Part shown: positions 1-13,885 of the stretch, one piece after another
How positions within the stretch are numbered: the first letter of the stretch is position 1
Layout of the letters: each line of letters opens with the position of its first letter
Assembly (NCBI GenBank): GCA_010356995.1
Contig: ML996690.1
Coordinates: 809,420 to 873,419 of the forward strand
Origin: Trichodelitschia bisporula
Lineage: Eukaryota
Direction: 5' to 3'
DNA: 64,000 bases
Position numbers and translations under genes: made by a program
Notes under the pieces: generated by a model
What the model saw: only the letters and a program-made list of their open reading frames with translations
Told to the model about the DNA's origin: nothing
The model's database searches: none

Positions 1-1699
1 TACCCATTCTGTTGGAGGAAGTCTTCCTTGATGAGCGTGGCAACGTCCAGGGTGATCTTGTCAGAATCACCAAGCGCCGACTTGCCAACAAGCTGGACGA
101 CTTGGTCCAGGTCCTCAGACGTTGAGAGCAAATTCTTTATCCGCTCTCTCAGCCTCGGGAAATCGGGCTTGTGCTCCTGGTAATACGATTCCAGAGCGGC
201 GTCATATTTGCTGTAGCTGATATTCGTGTTCACGGAGGGGAAGTGCTTGCGTTGCGCCAGCTTCTTGTCCAGTCCCCAGAACACCTGTACGATACCAAGA
301 GTGGCAGACGTAACAGGGTCCGAGAAGTCACCGCCAGGCGGGCTGACGGCGCCGACAATGCTGACACTACCTTTGCGGTCGGGGCTACCGAGGGCGGTAA
401 CACGCCCGGCGCGCTCGTAGAACGACGCCAGCTTCGCACCGAGGTATGCGGGGAAACCCTGATCGGCAGGCATTTCTCCCAGACGGCCCGAAATCTCACG
501 CAGCGCCTCGGCCCACCGCGAGGAGGAGTCCGCCATCATGGCTACGTCCTTGCCTTGGTCGCGGAAGTATTCGGCCACCGTGATACCTGTGTAAATTGAG
601 GCTTCACGAGCTGCGACAGGCATGTTCGAGGTGTTGGCAATGAGCGTCGTGCGCTTCATGATGGGTTCTTCGCGACCATCGACATTGATGGTTAGCTGGG
701 AGAATCAGTATTTTCCACAAAATACCGGGTCGCGACAAACCTCCGGGAACTCCATCAGCACTTCGGCCATCTCATTACCGCGCTCGCCGCATCCAACGTA
801 GATAATGATATCACTGTTAGAGAACTTGGACAAACTCTGACTGATGACCGTCTTGCCACAGCCGAATGCGCCTGGGATGCACACGGTACCGCCCTGGACA
901 CTGGGAAATAGGGCATCAAGCACGCGCTGGCCGACGATGAGGGGCTGGTTCGAGGAAAGCTTCTCCGTAACCGGGCGCGGCACGCGAACGGGCCACTGGT
1001 GCATCATGCTGTACTCGGTCTTCTTGCCATCAAACTCCAGCTCCAGGATCTTCTCGTCCACTGTATAGCTGCCCTTCTCAGCAATCCGCGTGATAGTACC
1101 CCGCGCACGGGGCGGCAGCAGAATCTTGTGATCATTCAACAGTGAATTCTCGAAGACCGAGCCGAAGACATCGCCGCCAGTTATATGGTCCCCGACCTTT
1201 AGCTTGCCCGGGGTGAAGTCCCACTTCTTCTTGCGGTCGAGCGACGGCAAATCGATGCCGCGTGGGATGTAGATGCTGTTGGACATGTCCGCGATGCTTC
1301 GCAGAGGGCGCTGGATACCATCATAGATGGTTTCCATGAGACCAGGCCCCAGTTCAACGGATAACGGCTTTCCGGAGCGCTCGACAGGATCGCCAACGGT
1401 GACACCAGCTATGCGGACATTAGCAGCCTTCGCCGCTACAAAATGCAAGCCTACCAGTTTCCTCGTAGACCTGGATCGTCGCCCTATCGGCCTCGATGCG
1501 AATAACCTCACCGACGAGCTTGTCATGACCAACGCTCACCTACAGCCCGTTAACATTGTCCAAGAAGGGATTTCGAACAACATACGAGCTCGTACATAGC
1601 ACAGCCTATCATGTTCTCGGCGACGATGACGGGTCCCGAGACGGAGAAGACTGAGCCGAACATCTCGTCGGTCGCCTCATCTTTCTTTGCAGGTGCCAT
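1..1699 (-). CDS. VMA1: V-type H+-ATPase catalytic subunit A, 5' part (runs off window start); introns 1540-1585, 1409-1454, 696-740
   Basis: [39 protein letters not shown]-terminus; P-loop [29 protein letters not shown] introns with branch sites restore one continuous frame. Confidence 0.97.
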
Positions 1700-3284
1700 T
1701 GCTGCGGGGTAGGGCGAAGATTCGAGGGACGATGTGCTTGCTGTGGTTGCTGGTGAACCTGGAAGTGATGCCTGGACGGGAGTCCCGTTGTCAGGAGAAG
1801 CGGGGTTGAAGCTGTCGGATGAGTGGCTAGCAATGAGGTCGAGGAGGGACGGACGGGGCTTCAGGCGCGAAGGTTGAAGTCCAAGCATACAAATGCCCTG
1901 TAGTTCTAAAAGCCAGGCGCAAGTTCCTGCGATAACGGTTGGTCCTCTTTAGCAAGGTGGGATGCCCCCAGTCCCTAGCTTTAAGCTCGTCACCAGCCGG
2001 CCGACGGAGCTTGGACACGAGCCAGATACTGGTCCAAGCGCTGTGTGCCGTCAAACATCAAAGTCGTTCAAGAACGGCGCGTTGAAGATCATACATCCGT
2101 ACAGTACATTCGCATGCACTACCATCGGCAAAGTTCAAAATTTAAACGTTAGACGTCAAGCTCTTACTTCTCACAGGGTACGAGAAAAGGCTCCTAGCCA
2201 AACTTTTACTAACATTTCTGTCGCAGAATCATTACTTGCTTGCGAAGCATGCCCGTCGTTAACTACTCTTAACGTCCCCATAAATATTCATCGCACGCCG
2301 TCTTCATGAATCTCCACCGGCCGCCCCCGCCAACCTTCACCCCAGTCATCTATAATTCCACTTTGCCATGAAGCTGCAATTATTGGCAAGCCGAGGAAGC
2401 CCACTGAATTCAATATTTCATGTCTATTGATCAAACTACAGCTTGCTTATACGGGTACCCATTTGTCCTTACCTTTGTCACAGCCCATCTTCCTGTACAT
2501 TCCCTTCGGACGACGATAACTTCTAAGCAAAAGATCACCTCTGCCCCAGGATATGCAGGGCCCCAACTTCTTCATGCTCCGCTCACCACGAATGCGAGGA
2601 CCTCGACACCCACCATCACATATCCAGTCCGAGCAAAGCACTCAAAGGGGATATCAGTCCCCGACCATCAACCTCAGCCGCAGTCGTAGGTGCAGACCAA
2701 TCTGGTTCGCTCAAACACCCACGCTGGGATGGACAGCAAGAATAAGAACAAGAACAAGGAGTTCTGGTATTAGCATTCGGTTCCCGGGTCTGAACAAATT
2801 CTTCTCATCAACCGGGCCGAGTTCCAAGCGGAGTCTTGGTAGGTCTGATATTTGGAGAATAACACGCTACTTTCTCTCAAATCTCAATGCCTGCCCAATC
2901 GTGACCATAGCCATACCTGTGATCTCCTTTGGTTTATATGGACATCTCTCAGCCTTGTATTGTGACATACCAGTTCGTTAATCGTTGTAGCCGTCCCAAG
3001 TTAGACCTGGCTTGCCCACGTAAGCGGCCCGTAGTCGGCAATTTTAATGCCTCAGGCAAATATTACACCCCTGGCATCCTTCTGTCTTGCGATAACTATG
3101 TTGCCATCTGTTAAGCTTCAAGCTTGACATCTGCAGGCAACACCGGACTTCTCAGCCGGTAGCGAATAACTAAGTCGTCTGTGCAACTGCGCGATTCGCT
3201 ATGTGAGAAACTTCGACGCTCGACTTCGGCAACCTCCCTCATGCCTCCTCCACGACCACGCAGACCACTACCAACGCCGCGACA

Positions 3285-6200
3285 ATGGCCGCACGCCAGC
3301 AGAGTCCCCGAGAGAACTTGGAGGCTACTTCGCCCTCAACCCCCACACTGTACTCGGACTCCTACTTTTCAAACCATGACTGGTCCGCACGCCCCCCGAA
3401 TCGATACCAGCCGCGGCGCGGGTCCACCGCAAGCTCCATCAGCTCGATCGGCGGCACCCTGGATATGTCCGCACAAAGTAGGCCGAGTGCGGTGAGAGAC
3501 ACGGGACAGAATGGTATGCTTTGCAGCTGCAGGCGTCTGCCAAAGGCACGTAGCTGACGTGACGATAGCTATTTCCACTCTTCTGCAGCTGCCGATTGTC
3601 CGCACCGGCCTACTGCCACACACCGCAGCGGCATCAACGGCGCATAAGCCTCCCTCCACCCGCGACATACCGCCGGTTACACTCACAAATATACCGCACG
3701 TCGATACGTCGGCATTCCAACCATACCTGCACCAGGTGGGGTCTCTTTTCGAGGCTCGCGCACGCGCTGAAAGTGAAGAAGCTGCAGTCGCACAGTGGGC
3801 AAGGGGCCAGCGAGAGCCAGCAAAGGAAGATGAGCTCCAAAGCTTACCGGAGCATGGCTCACGCGGGGACCAGCAGCGTTCGAGGCCGGGATCGAGACAA
3901 GGGTCATTGTCGACGCTTTCGCCAACGGAACAGCCCCAAGCGAGGAGGAGGTCCAGCGGTGGTGTATCACGGCGAGCACCCCCGGCTGCTACCCCGTTGT
4001 CCATCATACCCCCTATATACTTCGAGGAGAACTTTCGGCTCGAAAACCCGCGGACCTTTGATATCGTGAGCGAACGGTCGGAGGTTGTTAAATCACCTGT
4101 TTTGGCTAGCGATGACTCCAAGCCATCCAATGCCTCGGCGAACGGAACGGCTGCACAGCCGCGCAAAGCACTTGCGACGAACGCTATTCTCCAGGAGAAA
4201 CTGTCGTGGTATCTGGACACTGTGGAAATACACCTCATCTCCTCCATCTCTACCGCCTCCAAATCTTTTTTCGCTGCGCTCGGTTCCTTGAAGGAACTTC
4301 ATTCCGAGGCCGCAGATTCGGTTGCAGAGATCAAAAGGCTCCGTCAGGATCTCGCACAGCTTGACAAAGATATGGCTGTCGGTGGCCTCGAGATCGTGGC
4401 AATGAAGCAGCGGAGGGAAAATCTTCGTAAGCTTACCGACGCCGTCGAACAACTGCGGTGCGTCATTGCTGGAGCATCTCATTGTGAAGAGCTTGTCGAG
4501 CATGGAGAACTCGAAACCGCCATCGACCGAATGGCGGTGCTCGAAGAGTTTACCTGCGGAAAACTCGATAGAAGTACAGTAGGAAACTTTGACTGGCTGG
4601 CATCGGAAGTCCCACGCCAGCTATCAGATCTACGGCGCCTTAAAGCTCTGGATGGCTTTGCTGCGGGGCTTGATCAGCTGCGAGCTCGGGTGGGCAAAGG
4701 GTTCGAGTCGAGGTTTCTGCAAGCGCTTCTGTCGGATCTACGTGGGCACGTCGCTGGAGTCCCGTCCCAGGATACTTTGAAGAGATGGGCCTCGGCTTCT
4801 CAAAGATCGCGAGGCCTCCATTCCGGAGGTCCTTCTATTGTCCCCGCATACCTTCACACCAACCCGCAGCTCAGGCGGAATCTTCACTCAATCCTAACTG
4901 GTTTGAGTCGATCAAAATACACAGTGGCGGCCACCGGCGCCTTAAGGGACGCAATTATGCGGGAAATGAAACAACTGATACGGCAGCATCTACCTAGCTC
5001 GAGCGACGACGATAACGAATCCGTTACCTCGGCCTCGACTAGAGGCGGACGCGGTCTTTCGCAGCAAGACAAATCCGCCATTCTCATTCGGAACCTCTGT
5101 GCGCTCAGCCCCGAAGATGCGGAGTCGATGCTTTCGAGAATCTACTGCGCAGTCGGCGAGGCTCTTCGCCGTCTTCAGGTTCAGGTCAAAATGCTCCTGG
5201 ATGTAACCAGTGGCCAGGCCCTGTCGTCACCGGGAACGCGATCACCCCCAAAGAGTCCCGACATGCGCAGTATCGACTCCGCTGTTTTGAATGGCTCGGC
5301 TCCTCCACCTGGGGATCTCCAGGAGGAACTTATGCAGGCATTAGATCTGTCCAGCCTTTTGGGGCAAGCAGTGGACGTTGCTCAGACGCAGATGATCAAG
5401 GTTCTCAAAGTTCGGACCGAGCAAACCACCCATCTGTCACCGCAACACTTCCTCCGATACTTCACGCTCAATCGACTGTTCGCAGACGAGTGTGAAGCGG
5501 TGTCGGGACGGTCAGGAGCCGCACTGAAAGGCGTCATAAACTCTCAAATCTCGGAGTTTCTCGCTGTTATGGCAGACGACGAGAAGCAGAAGTTAGCCCA
5601 AATCATGGACGCCGACAAATGGGAGGCGAAGGACTTTAGCGACGCTGACGCTATCGTCCTAAATCGTGTCCTGGTCGGCATGACTTCAGATCCTCCTGCG
5701 TGGCTCGCGCAGACTCATATTTGGGAAGATGTCTCTCCCCCGGCCGTAAATGGAAACTCAGCCCCGGATACCGAAAACAATAGCACGCTTGCCAAAGAAA
5801 AAGTTCGCAGTGCAGTTATCGACGAAGAGAAATACATTCTGGTCGAATCCGTCATCTCGGTACTACAAGGCATTGCTCGCTTCCAGTCATTGATGGTGTG
5901 CATACCGTCAATATCCTCCGACGTCTCAGCCGCGCTTCTAGAGTATCTGCGGCTCTTCAACTCCAGGTCCTGCCAACTGGTCCTCGGTGCCGGAGCGACG
6001 CGATCCACCGCTGGCCTAAAGAACATCAACACAAAGCACATGGCCTTAGCCTCGCAGGCGCTCAGCTTCGTCATCGCCCTCATCCCCTACATTCGCGAAT
6101 TCGTACGCCGCAGACCAGGCATGAGCGGCGACAAAACAGCCGAGTTCGACAAGGTGCGACGACTGTGTCAGGACCACCAAGTCAGCATCCACGAGAAGCT

Positions 6201-6710
6201 GGTGGACATCATGAGCACGCGCGCCGGGGCGCATATTTCCTCGATGCGCAAAATCGATTTCGACGCCGATGCCGGCCGGGCAGGCGCCAGCCCGCACATG
6301 GAGACGCTGACTAAGGAGACGGCGACGTTGCACCGCGTGCTGAACCGCAATTTGCCTGAGATCAGCGTGCGCATGATCATGGACCCGGTATTCAGGAGCT
6401 ATCGCGAGCAGTGGGGGAAGGCGTTCCGCGAGACGAATGTGCAGACCGAGGCGGGCAAGGAGAGGTTTGTGCTGCTTCTTTACTCAATGGACTCGAGCTA
6501 ACCTATGACAGGCTTCTCCGCGATGCCGAGGTGTTCAACGCAAAGCTGAGCAAGATCGACGGCGCTGGGGACATAGGCGCATTCCTCACCAACCTCGTCC
6601 GAGAGAAGAACATCGTAAACGGCACGCCGGCAGTCCAGTCACCACCGCTCCCGGCGAATGGGCGAGCTCCAGAGGAGGCAGCGGCGAATGGAAGCGGAGG
6701 GGATGAGTGA
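3285..6710 (+). CDS. VPS54: GARP complex subunit Vps54; introns 3514-3568 and 6465-6511
   Basis: LQEKLSWYLDTVEIHLISSIS and FNSRSCQLVLGAGATRSTAGLKNINTKHMALASQALSF motifs; both introns have GT, CTGAC/CTAAC and AG and join the ORF fragments in frame. Confidence 0.95.
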
Positions 6711-7109
6711 TTCGAGGCTTTGGTTACCGAACTGCAGCTGCTACTATACCCAGTATACCGTCCGTGGCTTTTTCGCGGTCTTTGTAAACGTTTAGGGCAT
6801 GCCTGGTCTTTGTTGTGATACGTGATGCGGAGGTTGGACTGGGCTGGAGTACCATGGTGTCTGTCGTGTGCATAGAGATTGCGCTGGGTTCATGAGATCT
6901 TCATATTCGAGCGGACATGGTTTGAATAGAGAGGATCGTGGTAGTCTTGTGCCTTGCACCTCGTGGGGTCAAAAATGGAGTAGCCTGGTTGCCGATCGCA
7001 CCTAAACTCGGCACATGTGACGCCCGCCTCCTCTCAACCACATCCTGTTCCCCAAAAAAAGGCATGCCCAGCCCCTTCCATCCCTTCTAAAACCAGACAA
7101 AAAGGATGT

Positions 7110-7229
7110 TGACAAGAGTGGGATTCGAACCCACGCCTATTACTAGACCAGCAGATTGGGAGCCGCTTCCACCCGAGGGCTGGATGTGGAACCTGAAGCT
7201 GGCGCCTTAGACCGCTCGGCCATCTTGCC
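7110..7229 (-). tRNA. tRNA-Leu(CAG) with a 38-nt intron (7154-7191)
   Basis: Reverse complement GGCAAGATGGCCGAGCGGTCTAAGGCG-CCAGC-TTCAGG[intron]T-GCTGG...GGTTCGAATCCCACTCTTGTCA: acceptor stem, D-loop GG, anticodon CAG, long variable arm, TTCGA loop; 82-nt mature length; T5 Pol III terminator at 7099-7103. Confidence 0.95.
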
Positions 7230-7932
7230 TATTGATGGAGAGCGAAAGAAGAAAACAGGACATGACCGGACTTAGGAGGGGTGAAGAGATTTCGCGTAGT
7301 GGGGCGGTCGGGAGTTTGAGGGTGGGCAAGGCTGGATGGCTTGGCGCTGGGTGAGGCTGAGGGTGGTGATCGAGACTTGTGAGCCTTCCGGTTCTGGGAG
7401 AGAAACCGGAATTGGGAATATTCCAGGGAAAGAGGCATGAATCTGGCAACCTGGCAAAGATAAATCCACTTGATTACAAAGTGAAGAGAAGATGCGGGTC
7501 GAGGAGTTAGAACTATATGAGAACGTACCACTTGAGCAATACACTACGTGCTCACGAAGTATGATAACCGACCGAGTATAAAATTGCTTTTGTAGCCATC
7601 AGACGCTCCAAGAAAAATATCCACAGATCTAAGCACTACAGATAGCAGCAATACTTTACTTACATCAGACCGATCCAAAACGGAAATACAGATCGAAGGG
7701 CCCAGTCCATCAACGTGCCAGCACAGCCCATCGTAAGCATAGCCAAAGAGACCGAGCACCAGAACAACGCTACCACCCACAACACCAGCGCAAAGTCCAA
7801 AGGGTATCGAGCGAAGCGAAAACACGCGCCGTACATCCCATCAGCATCAGCATCCATCCCAAGCCCAAGCCGAAACACCATCATCTATGCCCATGCCAAA
7901 CCATCCAAACCCAACCCACTCTTCCCAAGCAC

Positions 7933-10805
7933 CTAAAAGAACCCGCCGCTCCCACCTTCCCTCCCATCATTCCCCACCCCCGGTCCAAACCCCAGCCCCA
8001 ACCTCCCCTTAACATCCCCTTGCCCGCCCACAGGCACATCCGGCAGCCGCTGCACGGGCGGTGGTACTACAGGCGACGGCGGAGCCCCGGGACTTCTCCC
8101 AAACCCGCGCTGCTGCGTCCTCACCGGCCCTGTCCTCGCCGGTGCCGCACTCACACCCGTCCCATTAGCCGGCCCCTCTGTCGTCGTCGGGGGGCTCGGC
8201 CCCATGCCCGCCACGCGCTCATACTGATGATTCTCATACGCAGGCGGGGTGAGCACCTCTCCATTCTCGGGGACGCCGCCGCCACCACGCTGCGCACGAG
8301 CCCATGCCGCAGGCGCGCGCCAGCAGTAGCTGCGTTGCTGACAGGCTTCGATCATGAGGGGCGCGGCCTCGGGGGAGCGCCAGCGCGGACAGCCTTCAAG
8401 GGGCGGGCAGAGGTGGTACCGCACCTTTGCCTTGTATTTCAGGCCTGCGGTGTCGACGCTGATGGTGCTCAGAACTTGGAGGATGCCGTAGAGGAGGATC
8501 CAGCGGCCGAGGCGGGCATCCGCCGGGGTGATGTTGGGTGGGAGGACGGTGGTTTTCTCGTAGCTGCCGAGCTCATCGAGGAGGGAGTTGTCTGGAGGAG
8601 TTAGTGGTTGGGAGTGCAACTGGGAAACGACGTACCTTCAAATGAGGATCCGAGGCGGTTGATGTTCGTTGCAGTATTGTAGGCCAAGGCCATTTGATAC
8701 TGCGCCTTCGCATCCAGGGTTGCGGCCGCCTCTTTACTCCTCTTAATGCCAAAGATATTCCTCTTACTAGAGGCTGACTTCGACCCAGAGCTCTTTCCGG
8801 CCGGGAGGAGCGGATACGGGTGGGGGATGTGGTCGTACTTTTGGCTCGAGTCGAAGCCAATCAACATATTCGTCAAGGGCAAGCCCGGAGTGTCTGCCTC
8901 GAAGTTCTCTCCAGGCCGGTTGCATACCATTTCCCATTTTCGTGTCGGTCGTTCCTCATTCGCATCCCAGCGAATATTCCGGTCAACGAGGTAGTCATAC
9001 ATGGCTCCAAAATCGGCCTGTAGACGCTGCACCAGACTGTACGTAAGCCAATGGCCTTGATGGTCCGTTTCTGCGGGCGGCCAGCTCCCATACTCGCTGG
9101 CATAAAAGCAGTACAAAAAGTCGCGGAAAGCCTCGAAGCTGCGCCGGGCAGGGTGATCGCCGGCCACTCCGTCCATTTCCCACATTTCGTTAAAATCGAA
9201 GCGCGAGAGGCGCTCTTCCGCCTCAAGCAGTTTGAGCTGCATGGCATTGTATGCGTGCTGCAGCTTGTGCCGCGTCATTTGCGTGAGGTTCTTGTACTCG
9301 CGCGTTTCCATCGTGCGCTGCGACATGATGCCGACGCAGTGTACGAAGGCTTCCAGATAGCCTGCGTCCCACATGACGTTGGGCTGCTCTGACCACGCCA
9401 ACAGGCCCAGAGCGGCCTGGACGTTACCGCGCACATCATCCAGACCACGTTGGGTCAGGTACTGCACCAAAACTTGAGCGCTATTCCAGCGTTCAGATGG
9501 GTCGTTCAGCTCGTAATATGTGTCGATAACGTTTTGCAGATCGGAAAGCATCTCAAAAAAGTCATTCCCAATGATAGGCAGACCGTACAGCAGCGCAATG
9601 AAGTTTCGCGTCGCCATGTGGTGCCGTCGCTGAATGTCTGCACGCTTGATGTTAGAAGGCGCACGGAACCAGATCTCGTGGGTAATCTCAGTGTGATCCG
9701 GCATGTTGTCAAGGAGATCCCCGTAGTCACTGGATATGCCGGAGAGCTCTGAGGCTTCGGCGACACTAGGTGGCACCCGGAAATTTGGGCGTGGAGTCGT
9801 GCCGTCCGCCGTAGGTGCGCCGGGCGACCAGCACGTCTGATCAGTGGTAGACCACGTATCGCGATTCGAGTTTGAACGAGTGTCGGGAGGCCTCGGAATG
9901 ACGGCCTCACGTCCAGCAGTCTCGGCCAAAAGCTCATCGAGGTTGCCCAGACTCGTTGAGTTCAATGGCCATGGATGATGGCCGTCAGATCCAGCTGAAG
10001 TGGCTCGCGAACGAGGTGGAGGCTGTATTTCCTCGTCCGGAATGATTTCACCATACTTTAAAAGGTTGATGATGAAGGTTGAGCGGGTCTGTTCAAGCAC
10101 ATTGGCGTGCACTCGAAGCATTGGCCGGGGATCTTCCTCTTCCGTCTCTCCACTGAAGAAGATAAGGCAATCACCATCAGAGAGCCACAGGTCATCATCC
10201 TGGAATATTAGTAGGTGCGATTGAGGTGCGGCATAACATACGTGCTCGAACCCCGGGTACGGACGGATCGGCTGTCCACTCCCAGACCAAACCTTCGTGT
10301 GGATCCAGGTCTTCTCGGGTACTGTTGACCTACTGGAAGGCTGCGATGAAGATGATGATGGTCGAGTCTTGTAGTCGAAAGTGCGCGTCACAGGTCGCGA
10401 TACCGACTTCGCGGCGGCAGCCACGGGCACTTTGACAGGAACCCCGCCGCCACGACCGCGCGGGGCTGCGGTCTTCTTTCCGCGTCCTGCATACTTTTCG
10501 TCGCCTAGAGAGAGCTTGGACGACAACTTGGACATGCCACCAGTGGTCTGGGTGGTCTGGCCGCTGCCATTGCTATCCCTCGAAGTTATTGATGCGCTGG
10601 AGCTCACGACCGAAGTGTTGCGCCCTGACAGTACAGCCTGGATGGGTGAGAGGATGGGCGATGTTGGGATCGCGGTACTCCGGCCGCTGACAGGCGAGTG
10701 TAGGTGGTCAAGACGATCTCTGACGGCCTTTTGCTGGTACTTCTTCTCTTCCTTGGTGATCTGCTTCTCGGCAACCTTACGGGACCTGGCGCCTCGGGAA
10801 GCCAT
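7933..10805 (-). CDS. Conserved fungal hypothetical protein (DUF8004-like); introns 10200-10241 and 8592-8635
   Basis: 734-aa and 228-aa ORFs joined by a GTACGT...CTAAC...CAG intron; motifs LWLSDGDCLIFF, HHMATRNFIALLY, YLEAFVHCVG, YGSWPP, DARLGRWILLYGILQVL. Confidence 0.8.
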
Positions 10806-13800
10806 GACTGGCGATCATTCACTCGTCCGTCCGGCCGATAGAAATGAGGGTAGAGACTTGAAAGGAGGTGAGCAGCAGCCGAAGAAAGATGCAAGCGGCA
10901 GCCAGGGAGCGGGATTAAGGCTAGGAATTCAGGTACAACAAGGCCAGGCTCGTAGCATTATCCGATGGCGCAGGCCCAGGATGGACTGGGAAGCTCCAAT
11001 CGAGCTGGCCGCAGAATGGCTTCAAAATGCCGGTCAATCGATATCAGGATCCCAAGAGCGGCAGCCCGCAGTGTCGGGTCGTATTGAGCAGCGGCGGGGA
11101 ACAGCAGAAGCAAAGTCAAGCTAGCTACCGCAGACCGAGACGTGGGTGAGCACCAGCCGACTGTTGACGGGCGCCAACGTGGGGGTGAGGGGGTTGGAGC
11201 GGGGGCAGTCCGGTCTACCAGCTGATGGCGGAAGCTCTAGGAGCGCGCAAGGAACACAAAGGAGCACGATGTGAAAGCCCGAAACTTGAAGATGGAGGGT
11301 AACGGGATGAAAGCCGGCTATATTTTACTTTCCAGCAACTGGCTCATTAGGCAATCCGGTAAGCCCTTGATCCTAGTGAAAGAGCCTCGTCTGGTTGGTG
11401 ACAAGATGGGACGTTTCGACGTCGTCGGGAGCTTTCCATGGGCATGGACCTCTTTGGGGCTTCTGGGGTTGCTGATTAACTGCGCGGACCGACGCAGCCA
11501 AGCGCCTTTTCGAGATGTTTGGGGGACCAAACAGAGGCGGGGAGAGCCCGGGGGCGGAGAGATAAGGGAACGCCTCCACGGTGCGCCTCCGCTTGGACGT
11601 ACTTTACTCAGACCGAGCCGAGGGCTCTCCGTGCCGCAATTCGCTGGGTTTCGACAGTGACAGGCCGACGTTGAGAGGACCGTTTGGCACAAGTCCGGGG
11701 TCTTTTATTTCCTGTGCAACCTACGGAGGATTTAGAGAAATATCGACCGGAGGAATATGGCATGATGGCTGTCCGGCTGCAGTCGTAAAAGGGGTGCAGT
11801 GAAGGGGGCTTCAGGACATCCTCCAGTGCTGCAATGGATAAGCAGCCCCGAGTGGCTTCTGATTCTGCGGCGTCCACAGGGTGGGAGGCCTTGCTGAGCC
11901 ACCTTTGTTCGGGGTTCATCCCACTGTGATGCACAATTGATCGAAGGAAGGCGGCCTTGGGAATAGGGAGTACATCCGTACTCAATACCATCTTGCGGCC
12001 AGTGGTAGCGTGCCGAGCTCAACTGATAGGGCGGGCCGATAACTGGCAGCTACTTACGCGCTAGAAACATGTGATGTTGGGTGAATCACGCCGCAAATAG
12101 TGCCCATCACCTAAAAGCAGCCCCGCGATCACTGTCACCGTCCGATGGAGTTGCCAGGCCAAGACGCTGGGTTGTTTGCCGACTCAAGGAGGCATCGAAA
12201 GTCAAATGGCGCGTCTAAAATTTGGCGCAGCCGCCAGCCTGTGCCAGCTTCCATCAATGCTGGAGCACATACTCCGTATGGGGAGGTCGACCGTATTTGG
12301 AGTAAACTGGAAAGTCAGTACATTGAGGTGCTGACATGAACTGCGAATAAAGTGAGCCTCGAAAGGAAGTGAGGCACAACGGTTGATGGGGAAGGTAGGC
12401 GGAAGAACCTCCGAAAACACCGGGACTGATCACGTGCGTAGCACAGCCATAATGGAACGTCGCAAAGTTGCTGGTTTTAAGAGCAGTCGATGGAAACATG
12501 CTCATAAGTCGATTCTGTCTGATAGCCTCGTGTTACTCTTCTGAATGGTCTCCTAACGTCCTCGTCTTCTGGTCTCACGGTATCAGCAAAAGCCAGTTTG
12601 CGAGCCGGCATGGCGGACAGCGGCCCAGTCAGACCTTCCCTTGAGTGACGTCAAATAGCTTCGAGCGGTCCCGGCGGCACCGGAATCGGCTATCGGGTAG
12701 AGTGTGAGGACTGGAGCCATCTTGCGTCCCTGGATACTACCAAATGCCAATGGTAAGTAGTGGATTTCGGAGACGGACATGAGCCCATGCTCCGTCGGTT
12801 CTATCAGAATCTATACCCCTCGGATTTTCCCTTTGGATGATTAGATCAGATCTTAGCATCTCGATGGCCTTCTAGTAGACGTGTTGTCCGAATCCTGTCG
12901 CGCTTCATCATCTGATGAGGCATGACTGTCTCTCTGATAAGCTTTCCAAAAGCTTCAGGATGCTTTCCTTCAGTGCTCTGGTGCCGACCGCAACTCTGAG
13001 AACTGCTTTTCGGGCCCAAGGTACAGGCACGGGCCGACTACATCCGTAGGTGCATTAGAAGTAGTAGAGGATATTGTTCCCATCCTCTACAAGGCTTCCC
13101 AGAAGCCTTACGAGTCCAAGTCCCCAGGAACCACATGTCGCCTACCTCCCCAGGACCACCCAAAATAAAGTCGTGACCACGCTCGCCGGCAAAACGGCCC
13201 GTGCAGAGCTGCCATGACTTTTCTGAGTAGCCCTTATCATCACGAGCGTCGAAGGCGCAAAACTCAGTTCTCGAGCGAGCTGAACCTCTGTGCAAAATAA
13301 ACGTCTAGAACCGATCACCTCCTCACCCACCCAATCCGCGACATTAACGTGCATGCATTTCCCCCAGCAGCCAATAATTCGCTCAGCGCGACGTGGTCCG
13401 GGAGGCGGGACGAAGTGCGGTTGCGAGGCTGGGGGTGGCTGGGGAACCGGGAGCGGGGCAACCATCTGAAGCTTAAGACCCGGACCCTTCGCACCTCGAC
13501 CGGCCCACGCATGATGTAACGCCAATCACTGTCACAAAACACCCAGTCTCTGCTCTCCCTTCGTTCGGCCTGCAGTTCAAACCTTGCTCTCAAGGTCTAG
13601 AGCTGCTTATTTGTACATCCAGCACTGCGCGCATTTTTCGCTCGCTCGTCCTTCGCTGCTCGATCTCGGCCGCACTGCGATTGTTGCTGTGGCAGCGATA
13701 AGACTTCCCCGCGCTCTTATCGATTGTCGCGAGGCTACCCCCGACACCGGCCACTCAGGCTGCTCCCGCTCGAGTCTCGCAAACCACGACTGGTCTCACC

Positions 13801-13885
13801 TCGACACCACGACACGACATCACCAACTCATTCCAATTCTTTCCCCGCACCACACTCACGTCTCAACCCCCCAACCACCGCAACC

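Noticed and set aside
770..810. VMA1 intein (VDE/PI-SceI) at the canonical insertion site
   Set aside because: The sequence reads [13 protein letters not shown] without interruption, so the site is empty.
7154..7195. tRNA(CAG) as a sign of CUG codon reassignment
   Set aside because: It has U33, G37 and an A discriminator typical of tRNA-Leu, and conserved proteins here translate sensibly with CTG as Leu.
10806..13700. Many 60-130 aa ORFs in the long divergent intergenic region (also 17213-19500 and 21400-23400)
   Set aside because: No domain motifs, consistent strand or splice-supported model; treated as promoter/UTR sequence.
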